Assembly (NCBI GenBank): GCA_965279035.1
Contig: OZ257142.1
Span: 1,952,001 to 2,016,000 of the forward strand
Direction of reading: 5' to 3'
DNA from: Bacteroidia bacterium
GTDB taxonomy: Bacteria > Bacteroidota > Bacteroidia > M30B66
DNA: 64,000 nucleotides
Shown: piece by piece, positions 17,234 to 27,300 of the stretch
Layout of the letters: the number at the start of each line of letters is the position of its first letter
How positions within the stretch are numbered: position 1 is the stretch's first letter
Translations under genes and position numbers: made by a program
Notes under the pieces: generated by a model
Databases searched by the model: none
Seen by the model: the letters and a program-made list of their open reading frames with translations, nothing else
Told to the model about the DNA's origin: nothing

Positions 17234-19531
17234 ATGAAGACATTCAAAACAAAACGAATAACTATAAAACACATTCTGCTTTCTGCAATACTATTATTTT
17301 TTGCAGGAGTTTCATTTGGACAAACTGTTTTCTGGAGCGATAATTTTGATGCGCCATCAGGTGGTGCTGAAAATAATAACAATGGAGCAGGTTGGGTGCT
17401 TAATTCAGAAGGCAATAGTGGCAATCGCTGGTTTGTAAATGCACCAAGTGGAATTGGATGTTCAAGTAGTGGAAATGTTCTTCATATTTCTTGTTCTGCC
17501 GGACTTTGTGGATTCTTAGGTGGTCCTGATGAACCTATTTACAATGCAGCAAATTCAAATTTAAAAACAGCTGTATCTCCTACAATCAGTACATTAGGGC
17601 AGTCAAACATTACTTTAAGCTTTGATTTTATTTGCGAAGGGTATGCTGGAAGTGATTTTGGAACGTTGGCTTTGAGTAGCGATAATGGAACAAATTGGAC
17701 AGATCTTCCAGGTGTATATGTTGAAGTGAGTTCTTGCTCTACTAAAACAATCACATTACCAGCTCAATATCAAAACATCTCCACATTTAAAATGCGATTT
17801 AAATGGGTTGAAACAGATAATGGTGATGGAGTTGATCCTCCTTTTAGTGTGGATAATATCAAATTGACTGTTGCAACTTCCTCTTGTACACCACCAACCG
17901 TTAGTGCTGGATCGAATGTTTCAATTTGTCCTGGAGGATCAATTGCTATTGGCGGATCACCTACAGCAACTGGCGGTTCAGAAGCTGGAGCATTGGTTTA
18001 TTCATGGTCACCTGCAACAAATTTAAGCAGCGCATCTGTTGCAAATCCAACAGCCAATCCATCTGTAACCACACCTTATACTGTAACAGTTTACCGTAAT
18101 ACGCCATCTTGTTCAGCTACAGCAACAGTCACTGTCACAGTAAATACGCCTCAAACATTATCGGTTTCACCTTCGGGAAATCAAACCATTTGTCCAGGTG
18201 GAAATGTGAATTTATCTGCCGCTAACGGATTTACGAATTACGTTTGGACAACGCCATCAGGCACTCAAAATGGACAATCAATCACGGCTTCTGTTTTAGG
18301 TTCATATACAGTTTCTGCAAATGATGCGAATAATTGCTTGTCGACTGCTGCTCCTATTAACTTGACATCCGGTTCTTCACAATCCATCACAGTAACACCA
18401 TCTGGACCATTGAATTTCTGCCCTGGCGGCTCAGTTACACTCACTGCTGCTGCAGGTTTTACAACCTATACTTGGTCGAATGCACAAGTTGGACAAAGTA
18501 TAACTGTAACTGAAGCAGGAACATACTCTGTAATTGGATCTGGATCAGGATGCGGTGGACAATCAAGCGATATCATTGTTACGGTTAATCTACCTGCAGC
18601 ATTAGGTGTTACGGCTGATGGATCATTGGCACTTTGTCAAAATGGGGATGTTGTTTTAACAGCAGAATCTGGATTTACGAATTATGTATGGTCTAATACC
18701 CAAACAGGAGCTTCTGTTACAATTACTTCAGCAGGAAATTATACAGTTTCTGCTCAAGATGTGAATGGTTGTCAAGTACAATCATCGGTTCAAGCAGTTA
18801 CGAATGATCCACCATTTACAATCAATGTGACACCATCGGGCACTATTGGAATTTGTGTTGGTGATAACATAACACTTACAGCACAAAGTGGATATTCGAA
18901 TTATGTTTGGTCCAATACAACAACAGGAACAACCTTGAATGTTTCTTCTGCTGGTGCCTATTCTGTGAGTGCTCAAAATGCAAATGGTTGCTCTGGAACA
19001 TCCGATGCAATTTTTGTAAATTCTACTGTAGCTCCTGATGCTTCATTTACCTATTTACAAGTGGAAGATGTTTATACAGTAAACTTCAGCAGTACATTTA
19101 ATGCAGATACGTATTTGTGGAATTTTGGAAATAATCAAACAAGCACGGCATCTGATCCTTCTTTTACTTTCCCATTTGATAATACTTATCCCGTTACTTT
19201 AATTGCTACAAATGCTTGTGGATCGGATACGGTTACAGTAAATGTTGTTGTTATTAAAACTGGAATTGAGAGTTTGAAAACAGTAAATTCATTTTCTATC
19301 AGTCCTAATCCAGGAAAAGATTTTTTCAGAATAACAGGAAATTCTTCTAAGCCACAAGATTTAATCGTTCAGATTTATTCGTTGACAGGACAAATCATTC
19401 AACGCAAAGACATCTCCGTAAAAGGAATTTTTTCTGTTGATTTTTCAACCACTGAACTAGCTTCTGGCGTTTATATGATTCAAGTTTCTGATTCTATTTC
19501 TAAAATCTCTCAGAAATGGATTAAGAATTAA
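17234..19531 (+). CDS. T9SS-secreted Ig-like repeat/PKD surface protein (paralogue A)
   Basis: Signal peptide; repeated xICxGxxVxL...YxW...GxYxV...C units; PKD-type YLWNFGN; CTD ISPNP...SGVYMIQV. Confidence 0.88.
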   Translation: MKTFKTKRITIKHILLSAILLFFAGVSFGQTVFWSDNFDAPSGGAENNNNGAGWVLNSEGNSGNRWFVNAPSGIGCSSSGNVLHISCSAGLCGFLGGPDEPIYNAANSNLKTAVSPTISTLGQSNITLSFDFICEGYAGSDFGTLALSSDNGTNWTDLPGVYVEVSSCSTKTITLPAQYQNISTFKMRFKWVETDNGDGVDPPFSVDNIKLTVATSSCTPPTVSAGSNVSICPGGSIAIGGSPTATGGSEAGALVYSWSPATNLSSASVANPTANPSVTTPYTVTVYRNTPSCSATATVTVTVNTPQTLSVSPSGNQTICPGGNVNLSAANGFTNYVWTTPSGTQNGQSITASVLGSYTVSANDANNCLSTAAPINLTSGSSQSITVTPSGPLNFCPGGSVTLTAAAGFTTYTWSNAQVGQSITVTEAGTYSVIGSGSGCGGQSSDIIVTVNLPAALGVTADGSLALCQNGDVVLTAESGFTNYVWSNTQTGASVTITSAGNYTVSAQDVNGCQVQSSVQAVTNDPPFTINVTPSGTIGICVGDNITLTAQSGYSNYVWSNTTTGTTLNVSSAGAYSVSAQNANGCSGTSDAIFVNSTVAPDASFTYLQVEDVYTVNFSSTFNADTYLWNFGNNQTSTASDPSFTFPFDNTYPVTLIATNACGSDTVTVNVVVIKTGIESLKTVNSFSISPNPGKDFFRITGNSSKPQDLIVQIYSLTGQIIQRKDISVKGIFSVDFSTTELASGVYMIQVSDSISKISQKWIKN

Positions 19532-19551
19532 ATTGAATTTTTAATTTTTTG

Positions 19552-19589
19552 AAAGCGCTGTACTATATTCCTTGTACAGCGCTTTTTTT
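19552..19589 (+). terminator. Intrinsic terminator
   Basis: AAAGCGCTGTAC...GTACAGCGCTTT followed by a T-tract. Confidence 0.8.
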
Positions 19590-19680
19590 ATGAAGTTTCT
19601 ATCTTAAATCCATCTTATAACAAGTGTTTTTTTTAATAAAATCAATGCTTAGATTGCATAGGAACAAATGGGTTTTATTT

Positions 19681-22600
19681 ATGAAGACATTGCATTCGCT
19701 AAGGATTACAACATTCAAATTGCTTTTTGTATTCATTTTATTTCCACTGGTAAATGGATATAGTCAAACTGTTTTCTGGAGCGATAATTTTGATGCACCA
19801 TCGGGTGGTTTAGAAAATAACAATAACGGAGCCGGATGGGTGCTAAATTCAGAAGGAAATAATGGCAATCGTTGGTTTGTAAATGCACCTAATGGAATAG
19901 GATGTTCGAGTAGTGGAAATGTACTTCATATTTCCTGCTCAGGTGGTTTTTGTGGTTTTTTAGGTGGCCCAAATGAACCTATTTACAATGCAGCTGGTTC
20001 AAATTTGAAAACAGCAGTATCTCCTACTATTAGCACCATAGGTCAATCAAATATTACTTTAAGCTTTGATTTTATTTGCGAAGGCTATGCTGGAAGTGAT
20101 TTTGGAACTTTGGCATTGAGTAGCGATAATGGAGCAAACTGGACAGATCTTCCAGGTGTTTATGTTGAAGTGAGCTCTTGTTCTACTAAAACGATTACTG
20201 TTCCAGCTCAATATCAAAATATCTCCACGTTTAAAATGCGATTCAAATGGGTAGAATCAAGTTCTTTCGATGGAGTTGATCCTCCATTTAGTATTGATAA
20301 TATCAAATTAACCGTTGCAACTTCCTCTTGTACACCACCAACTGTTAGTGCTGGATCGGATGTTTCTATTTGCCCTGGTGGATCTATTGCTATTGGCGGA
20401 TCACCTACAGCAACGGGCGGTTCTGAATTAGGGGCACTCGTTTATTCTTGGTCGCCTACAACGAATTTAAGTAGCGCATCTGCTGCTAATCCAACTGCCA
20501 ATCCATCTGTAACAACACCTTATACTGTTACCGTTTACCGTAATACTCCTTCATGTTCTGCAACAGCAACAGTTACTGTCACTGTTAATACACCTCAAGT
20601 TTTAACCGTATCACCATCAGGAACGCAAACGATTTGTCCCGGAGGAAGTGTGAGTTTAGCTGCCGCCAACGGTTTTACGAATTATGTTTGGACTACACCA
20701 TCGGGCACACAAAACGGACAAGCAATTTCTGCAACAGCAGCAGGAAATTACACCGTCACAGCACATGATGCAAATACCTGTAATTCGACTTCAACGGCAG
20801 TTACCATAAGCATAGCAACACCACAAGTTTTAACGGTTTCACCTTCAGGAACGCAAACGATTTGTCCTGGCGGAAGTGTGAGTTTAGCCGCTGCCAACGG
20901 ATTTACAAATTACGTTTGGACAACTCCATCAGGCACTCAAAACGGACAAACCATTTCGGCAACAGTTGCAGGAAATTACACCGTCACTGCACACGATGCG
21001 AATAATTGTAATTCAACTTCATCGTCTGTCACAGTAAGCATTGCAACACCTCAAACATTATCGGTTTCACCATCGGGAACGCAAACCATTTGTCCGGGAG
21101 GAAGTGTGAATTTAGCTGCAGCCAATGGATTTACGAATTATGTGTGGACAACACCATCAGGCACACAAAACGGACAAACCATTTCGGCAACAGCAGCAGG
21201 AAATTACACCGTCACTGCACATGATGCAAATAACTGTAATTCGACTTCAACGGCAGTTACTGTGAGCATTGCAACACCTCAAGTTTTAACAGTTTCTCCT
21301 TCAGGAACACAAACAATTTGTCCCGGAGGAAGTGTGAGTTTAGCTGCCGTTAACGGATTTACAAATTACGTTTGGACAACGCCATCAGGCACACAAAACG
21401 GACAAACAATTTCAGCAACAGCAGCAGGAAATTACACTGTTACTGCGCATGATGCAAATAATTGTAATTCGACTTCAACGGCAGTCACGGTAAGCATTGC
21501 AACGCCACAAACTTTATCGGTTTCACCTTCGGGAACGCAGACCATTTGTCCGGGAGGAAGTGTGAATTTAGCCGCCGCCAACGGATTTACGAATTACGTT
21601 TGGATAACTCCATCAGGTACTCAAAACGGACAAACTATTTCGGCAACCACAGCAGGAAATTACACAGTCACTGCGCATGATGCAAATAATTGTAATTCGA
21701 CTTCAACAGCAGTTGTCGTAAGCATTGCAACACCTCAAACATTATCGGTTTCACCATCGGGAACGCAAACAATTTGTCCTGGCGGAAGTGTGAGTTTAGC
21801 TGCCGCCAACGGTTTTACGAATTATGTTTGGACAACTCCATCAGGTACTCAAAACGGACAAACAATTTCAGCAGCAGTTGCAGGAAATTACACCGTCACT
21901 GCACATGATGCGAATAACTGTAATTCGACTTCAGCGGCAGTCACAGTAAGCATTGCAACACCTGAAACATTATCGGTTTCACCATCCGGAACACAAACGA
22001 TTTGTCCGGGAGGAAGTGTGAGTTTATCGGCCGCTAATGGATTTACGAATTACGTTTGGACAACTCCATCAGGTACTCAAAACGGACAAACAATTTCAGC
22101 AGCAGTTGCAGGAAATTATACCGTCACTGCACATGATGCGAATAACTGTAATTCGACTTCAGCGGCAGTCACAGTAAGCATTGCAACACCTCAAGTTTTA
22201 ACAGTTTCTCCTTCAGGAACACAAACGATTTGTCCCGAATCTTCTATTACACTTTTTGCTGGAAATGGCTTTACAAATTACACCTGGACATCACCAGCCG
22301 GAATTCAAGTTGGACAATCAATAACAACCAGTTTAGAAGGAGATTATATCGTGAGTGCTATTGGGGCAAATTCATGTTTGTCGACCGCTGCAACAGTGAG
22401 CATAACATTTCTTCAACCACAATCCATCACGATTTCTCCTGCAAATGATTCAAGTATTTGCCCAGGATCAACCATTACATATGCAGCAACAAGTGGCTTG
22501 AGTAATTATAGTTGGAATACTCCAACAGGTACTATTTCAGGACAATCGATTACTGTTTCAGAAGCTGGAACTTATTCAGTTTCTGCCATTGGTTCGAATT

Positions 22601-24027
22601 CTTGCATAACGAATTCAAGTAATGTGAATTTATCAATTCAAATCCCTGAAATTCTAAGTATAACAAGTAGTGAAGGAACTACTTTATGTCCAGGAGCAAG
22701 TATTGATTTAACCGCATTGGATGGATTTATTAATTATCAATGGTTAACTCCATCGGGTGCTAGTTCTGGTCAATCAATTTCAGCAAATCAAATTGGGAAT
22801 TATTCTGTTTCTGCAACAGATCTGCATGGATGTCATTCCATTTCAGAACAAACAACTATTATTCAAGGAATTATAGAAACTATTTCGGTAAACCCAATTG
22901 GTCCATTGAATGTATGTGCAGGAGGTTCAGTTGAATTGATTGCAGCAGATGGCTTTACTACGTATACTTGGTCGAACAGTGAAGTAGGACAAAATTTAAT
23001 AGTAACTGAACCGGGAATTTATTTTGTCAATGGAAGCGGTTTGGGTTGTGGTGGGCAATCGAATAATGTGATTGTAACTTTTGATGAGCCTAATTTGCTT
23101 GATGTAACAGCCGATGGACCATTGGTATTATGTCAAAATGATGATGTTGTTTTGACTGCAGCTTCTGGTTTTACAAATTATCATTGGTCGAATTCTATTT
23201 TAGGGATTTCACAAACATTTTCGCAAGCTGGAAATTTTCAAGTTTCAGCTACAGATGCGAATGGATGTCAATACACTTCTGCTAATCAAATAATAAGTAT
23301 AGATCCACCATTTACTATTTCGATTAATCCATCCGGGAACATTACATTGTGTGAGGGTGATGAAATTGATCTTCAAGCACAAACGGGTTTTTCGAATTAT
23401 GTTTGGTCTAACTCAAGTTCCGGAAATAGTTTGACAGTGAATGCAGAAGGCATGTATTCGGTGAGTGCTCAAAATGCGAATGGGTGTTATGGAACTTCAG
23501 ATGTTGTATCAGTTCAACTCGTTTCAGAACCCAATGCAGCCTTTACATTTCAGCAAATTGTTGATCAGTATTCTGTCAGTTTTACGAGCAGTACTATCGC
23601 TCAGAATTACTTATGGAATTTTGGAAATAATCAAACGAGCACAGAAGCAAATCCGGTTTTTACTTTTCCTTTTGATGGGAATTATCCTGTTACTCTTATT
23701 ACGACCAATGCATGTGGTTCTGATACATTAACTCAAAATGTTCCTGTAATTAAAACCGCAATAAATCCATTGAATTCAATCAATCAATTGGAAATCTCAC
23801 CTAATCCAGGAATAAATTATGTTAGAATAAAGGGGAATTCTTCTGTTAATCAGGAAATTGGAATTAAACTTTATTCTTCATCTGGAGAAATCGTTTATGA
23901 TCAATTAGCCTATGTTAAAAATGACTTTCAATTTGATATTCCAACTAACCATTTAATGAAAGGAATCTATTTAATTATAATAACAAATGGGCGAAATCAA
24001 GTGGCACGGAAATGGCTTAAAGACTGA
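19681..24027 (+). CDS. T9SS-secreted Ig-like repeat/PKD surface protein with expanded tandem repeats (paralogue B)
   Basis: Same architecture as 17234-19531 with nine extra Ig-like units; start placed at ATG 19681 from signal-peptide length. Confidence 0.88.
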   Translation: MKTLHSLRITTFKLLFVFILFPLVNGYSQTVFWSDNFDAPSGGLENNNNGAGWVLNSEGNNGNRWFVNAPNGIGCSSSGNVLHISCSGGFCGFLGGPNEPIYNAAGSNLKTAVSPTISTIGQSNITLSFDFICEGYAGSDFGTLALSSDNGANWTDLPGVYVEVSSCSTKTITVPAQYQNISTFKMRFKWVESSSFDGVDPPFSIDNIKLTVATSSCTPPTVSAGSDVSICPGGSIAIGGSPTATGGSELGALVYSWSPTTNLSSASAANPTANPSVTTPYTVTVYRNTPSCSATATVTVTVNTPQVLTVSPSGTQTICPGGSVSLAAANGFTNYVWTTPSGTQNGQAISATAAGNYTVTAHDANTCNSTSTAVTISIATPQVLTVSPSGTQTICPGGSVSLAAANGFTNYVWTTPSGTQNGQTISATVAGNYTVTAHDANNCNSTSSSVTVSIATPQTLSVSPSGTQTICPGGSVNLAAANGFTNYVWTTPSGTQNGQTISATAAGNYTVTAHDANNCNSTSTAVTVSIATPQVLTVSPSGTQTICPGGSVSLAAVNGFTNYVWTTPSGTQNGQTISATAAGNYTVTAHDANNCNSTSTAVTVSIATPQTLSVSPSGTQTICPGGSVNLAAANGFTNYVWITPSGTQNGQTISATTAGNYTVTAHDANNCNSTSTAVVVSIATPQTLSVSPSGTQTICPGGSVSLAAANGFTNYVWTTPSGTQNGQTISAAVAGNYTVTAHDANNCNSTSAAVTVSIATPETLSVSPSGTQTICPGGSVSLSAANGFTNYVWTTPSGTQNGQTISAAVAGNYTVTAHDANNCNSTSAAVTVSIATPQVLTVSPSGTQTICPESSITLFAGNGFTNYTWTSPAGIQVGQSITTSLEGDYIVSAIGANSCLSTAATVSITFLQPQSITISPANDSSICPGSTITYAATSGLSNYSWNTPTGTISGQSITVSEAGTYSVSAIGSNSCITNSSNVNLSIQIPEILSITSSEGTTLCPGASIDLTALDGFINYQWLTPSGASSGQSISANQIGNYSVSATDLHGCHSISEQTTIIQGIIETISVNPIGPLNVCAGGSVELIAADGFTTYTWSNSEVGQNLIVTEPGIYFVNGSGLGCGGQSNNVIVTFDEPNLLDVTADGPLVLCQNDDVVLTAASGFTNYHWSNSILGISQTFSQAGNFQVSATDANGCQYTSANQIISIDPPFTISINPSGNITLCEGDEIDLQAQTGFSNYVWSNSSSGNSLTVNAEGMYSVSAQNANGCYGTSDVVSVQLVSEPNAAFTFQQIVDQYSVSFTSSTIAQNYLWNFGNNQTSTEANPVFTFPFDGNYPVTLITTNACGSDTLTQNVPVIKTAINPLNSINQLEISPNPGINYVRIKGNSSVNQEIGIKLYSSSGEIVYDQLAYVKNDFQFDIPTNHLMKGIYLIIITNGRNQVARKWLKD
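20590..22185 (+). repeat. Seven near-identical 228-bp (76-aa) coding tandem repeats
   Basis: Units start at 20590, 20818, 21046, 21274, 21502, 21730 and 21958 (TPQxLxVSPSGTQTICPGG...SIA); an eighth, diverged unit begins at 22186. Confidence 0.95.
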
Positions 24028-24041
24028 TATTCCGCAATAAA

Positions 24042-24077
24042 GAGGCGTCGTTTTGTTTATATAACAGGCGGCGCTTC
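24042..24077 (+). terminator. Possible hairpin/terminator between convergent genes
   Basis: GAGGCGTCGTTTTGTT...AACAGGCGGCGCTTC imperfect stem with G-U pairs on the + strand. Confidence 0.45.
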
Positions 24078-24149
24078 TGCATTTTAATAGATCGCTTGAA
24101 ATACTGTAATTATATTAAATTATAAATAGGATTAAAATAAATGGTTGTA

Positions 24150-26069
24150 TTAATTTTTTGAGCTGGATTGTGGGATTACTTTTCCTGTTTTATCAATCGT
24201 AAGCCATTGTCCAGGAATCCGAATTAGATTTAATAATGGATTTATTTCTAATTCAGGTTCAAATAAATCGGCTTTACGTGTGTAAGGAATACAATTTTCG
24301 GTAGAATATATTTTTCCAATTTTATTTAAGCATAAAGGCATTGGATTACTTTCTGTTAACTCATCTTCAATGCATGCACATGTACCATTAAAGTCGCCTA
24401 ATACTTGCATTTTATAAAGTGGAAAGGATTCTCGAATTGCTTTTATAGTATCGGCATTTGTAGTTGGAATAGTTTCTTCAAATATTGGAGTTTTTTGATA
24501 AAAAGGAATTTCTTCTCTTCCTTTATCATTAATAAATCCCCAATTTCCATTATAATTAACGGCAGCGCGTCCTGATGAAAAATTTCGAACAGCATCAAAA
24601 TGTGGACTAACAATTTCGACACCTGATTTATTGACAAAGCCCCATCCGTTTTTGTTTTTAACTGCAGCAAGACCGTCTGCAAAGCGAACTACTTCGTTGT
24701 ATTTTTCAAATTGAACTTCACGGCCGTATGGGTCAATTACAGACCATAAAAATGTCCCATCTTCTTTGGATGTTTTACCAAAAACTACTGCACCTTTATT
24801 AAATACTAATTCATCAAATTTAGGTTCTATCGATTCTTCTCCTTTTTGATTTAGAAAACCCCATAAGTTTCCTTTTCTAAAGGCAGCACAATAACTATAA
24901 TAGGGAAGGACTTCGTCGTATTCAGGGAGATTCAAGGTATCATCTCCATGAATTAAATAAAAACGATCGGGTAATTTTACATCAGCTTGACCATTTTTAA
25001 AACCACTTTTTATTTCAATAAATTGACAAGGTATTGCTTCATTTCCTTCAATATCAGCAAATCCCCATTTCCCCGATTTATATACTGCACAAAGCCCATC
25101 ACTAAACCAATCGATACTACTATAAGCAGCAGGTAATACCAATTTCCCATCGATATCAATTAAGCCTTTTAACCCATTTATTTGAAATAAATAATGTGCT
25201 TGATCGAAGCGATATAATTCATCATACCGAGGTTCAATAACGACTTCTCCTTTTGTATTTATCATTCCAGCTTCGTTGTGATCAACAAAAACAGCTGTAC
25301 CAGATTCAAAATTATCAAGAAACTTATAGCGTGGACTTAGAATAGTATTTCCTGTTTTATTAATAAATCCATATAAAACTGTATCCTTATTAATGGATGT
25401 AATAACAGAGTAACCTTCTTTTAAATCAAAAACTTGGTGGTAAGCACCTTCGATTTTAATGATGTTGCCATTTTTATTTATGAATGAAAAATCATTGGCA
25501 AGTTTAACAACAGCTTGCCCTTCTGAAAAAGAGAATGCTTCGTCAAATTGAGGTTGAATTTCAAATTGTCCTTTATGATTGATGTATCCCCATTTTTTTG
25601 ATGATTCATCTAGAACACAGGCTAAGTTTTCTTTAAAATCTCTTGCTCCAGTATAGCGGAATTTTATTTTTACTTCACCTTGGCAATCAACAAATCCATA
25701 TTTGCCTGTTCGTTCATTTAAAGTTCGAATTAAATTTTCTTGAATCGATTCAGGAACTAAATAGTGAGGGAATTCATAATTTAAAAAACCAGCATTTGAA
25801 ATGATTTGATAGGTTATTGAAACCGTTCCATCGATGGATGAGAAATTCAACTTTCTAGCAAGTGTCAAGGAATCATTATCAAAATCCCATATATAATCAT
25901 AATCAGCAGGAATAATAATTTGACCTGCTTCATTCTTCATTCCTTCGAGACTTAGTATTTGTCCGTCAGAACCAGCGCGTTGCACAGAAAATTTCAAAAG
26001 AATTGGCTGTTGAGCTAATAATTTTGAACCTGTTATAAATAAAAAAACAAGGAATCTTAGAATTTTCAT
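24150..26069 (-). CDS. WG-repeat (WG beta-repeat) protein
   Basis: Signal peptide; repeated KWGYINxKG / FSEGxAxV / PxFD motifs. Confidence 0.9.
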   Translation of the reverse strand: MKILRFLVFLFITGSKLLAQQPILLKFSVQRAGSDGQILSLEGMKNEAGQIIIPADYDYIWDFDNDSLTLARKLNFSSIDGTVSITYQIISNAGFLNYEFPHYLVPESIQENLIRTLNERTGKYGFVDCQGEVKIKFRYTGARDFKENLACVLDESSKKWGYINHKGQFEIQPQFDEAFSFSEGQAVVKLANDFSFINKNGNIIKIEGAYHQVFDLKEGYSVITSINKDTVLYGFINKTGNTILSPRYKFLDNFESGTAVFVDHNEAGMINTKGEVVIEPRYDELYRFDQAHYLFQINGLKGLIDIDGKLVLPAAYSSIDWFSDGLCAVYKSGKWGFADIEGNEAIPCQFIEIKSGFKNGQADVKLPDRFYLIHGDDTLNLPEYDEVLPYYSYCAAFRKGNLWGFLNQKGEESIEPKFDELVFNKGAVVFGKTSKEDGTFLWSVIDPYGREVQFEKYNEVVRFADGLAAVKNKNGWGFVNKSGVEIVSPHFDAVRNFSSGRAAVNYNGNWGFINDKGREEIPFYQKTPIFEETIPTTNADTIKAIRESFPLYKMQVLGDFNGTCACIEDELTESNPMPLCLNKIGKIYSTENCIPYTRKADLFEPELEINPLLNLIRIPGQWLTIDKTGKVIPQSSSKN

Positions 26070-26213
26070 GGGCTTTAAAGCGATGTAAAATTACAAAGAT
26101 TCCTTGTCTGCCCTGCATGGGCTATAAATCCTTCTTGGAAGTTATTTTCAGGCATTAATATGAAATAGATGGTTGAATTTTCAATGCCTTACGAAATTCA
26201 TACCAAAGGAATT

Positions 26214-26660
26214 TCAATAAAAATCTTCTTGATCAGCAGGATTAGCAGGAGTATCTGTTGATTTTTGAGCTTCTTTCCTTTCTTGATAACGTTTCTTTTG
26301 TTCCTCCTTAAAAGTTAACCATGATTTCCATTGGTCGGCTGAAAGTATTTTCTGAAGTTTTGCTTCTGTTGATGTATTTATTTCATCAATTGCTGCTTTT
26401 TTCTCTTTGCCTTTTCCTGCTTTGCGAATCTCCACTTTTGCTTTTTCACGTTCAAGAATGATTTGTTTTACATCTGCTGCTTGAGCATCAGTTAAATGAG
26501 CTTTTGAAGTCATCATACGAACAACGCGTATTGCTCGATCTTCTGGACTTAGTTCTTTCTTCTGCTTGGGAGCTGTTGTAGTAGCTGGTGTTGCATTTTG
26601 GGCAATTAATGATAATCCAGAACTAGCAAGAACTAGGGATAAAAAAAGTGATTTGATCAT
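26214..26660 (-). CDS. Periplasmic helical protein (DUF4890/LTXXQ-like)
   Basis: Signal peptide; LTDAQ and ILSADQW motifs; K/E-rich helices. Confidence 0.6.
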   Translation of the reverse strand: MIKSLFLSLVLASSGLSLIAQNATPATTTAPKQKKELSPEDRAIRVVRMMTSKAHLTDAQAADVKQIILEREKAKVEIRKAGKGKEKKAAIDEINTSTEAKLQKILSADQWKSWLTFKEEQKKRYQERKEAQKSTDTPANPADQEDFY

Positions 26661-26730
26661 GTTTGCGTTTTTTTAGGATGTGAACTTAAGAACAAATAAA
26701 ATGGAATTGGTTTATTGTTGAATATTTTTT

Positions 26731-27192
26731 TTAAATCAAAGACTTGACCATTAGAAAATGTTGGATTTTACCGAAAAGCATATAGCTTTTATCAATCATC
26801 TGATATCCTTGTCTTTCATAAAAAGGGATTGCACCTTCTCGTGCTTGAAGTAAAATTTGAATTAAGGAAGGATCTTCTTTTTGAGCTTTTCGTTCTAAAT
26901 AATGAAGTAAAGATTTTCCTAATCCTAAACCTTGCATATCGTCTCGAACAGCCATAAATCGTATTTGAGCTTGTTCTGGTCCAGTTGCATGAATTCTACC
27001 AACAGCAAGGGCTTCTCCTTTTTTATTAACGATCATTCCATGGTAAGAAACATCATCATCTTCGGCGAGTTCCGAACCGATTGGTTGATCCCATGGTTTT
27101 CTTAAAACCTCATATCGTAATAGGTAATATGCCCGCCATTGTTCAGGTGTTCCTGGTGGAATAATAGACCATTCAGCCATGGTATTATACAA
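26731..27192 (-). CDS. GNAT family N-acetyltransferase
   Basis: LRYEVLRKPW, IRFMAV, QGLGLG acetyl-CoA loop, FYERQGY. Confidence 0.9.
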   Translation of the reverse strand: MYNTMAEWSIIPPGTPEQWRAYYLLRYEVLRKPWDQPIGSELAEDDDVSYHGMIVNKKGEALAVGRIHATGPEQAQIRFMAVRDDMQGLGLGKSLLHYLERKAQKEDPSLIQILLQAREGAIPFYERQGYQMIDKSYMLFGKIQHFLMVKSLI

Positions 27193-27300
27193 TTTTATTT
27201 TTCTGACCGATTGTAAATGTAGTAGAAATGACTTATTAAAATAGAATCAATTGTTATATAATTATTACCTGCTTTTTATTCGATTCATTTATTACAAATA

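Noticed and set aside
20590-22185. CRISPR array or DGR repeats
   Set aside because: Contiguous 228-bp in-frame coding units with no spacers, mostly synonymous differences, and no cas genes.
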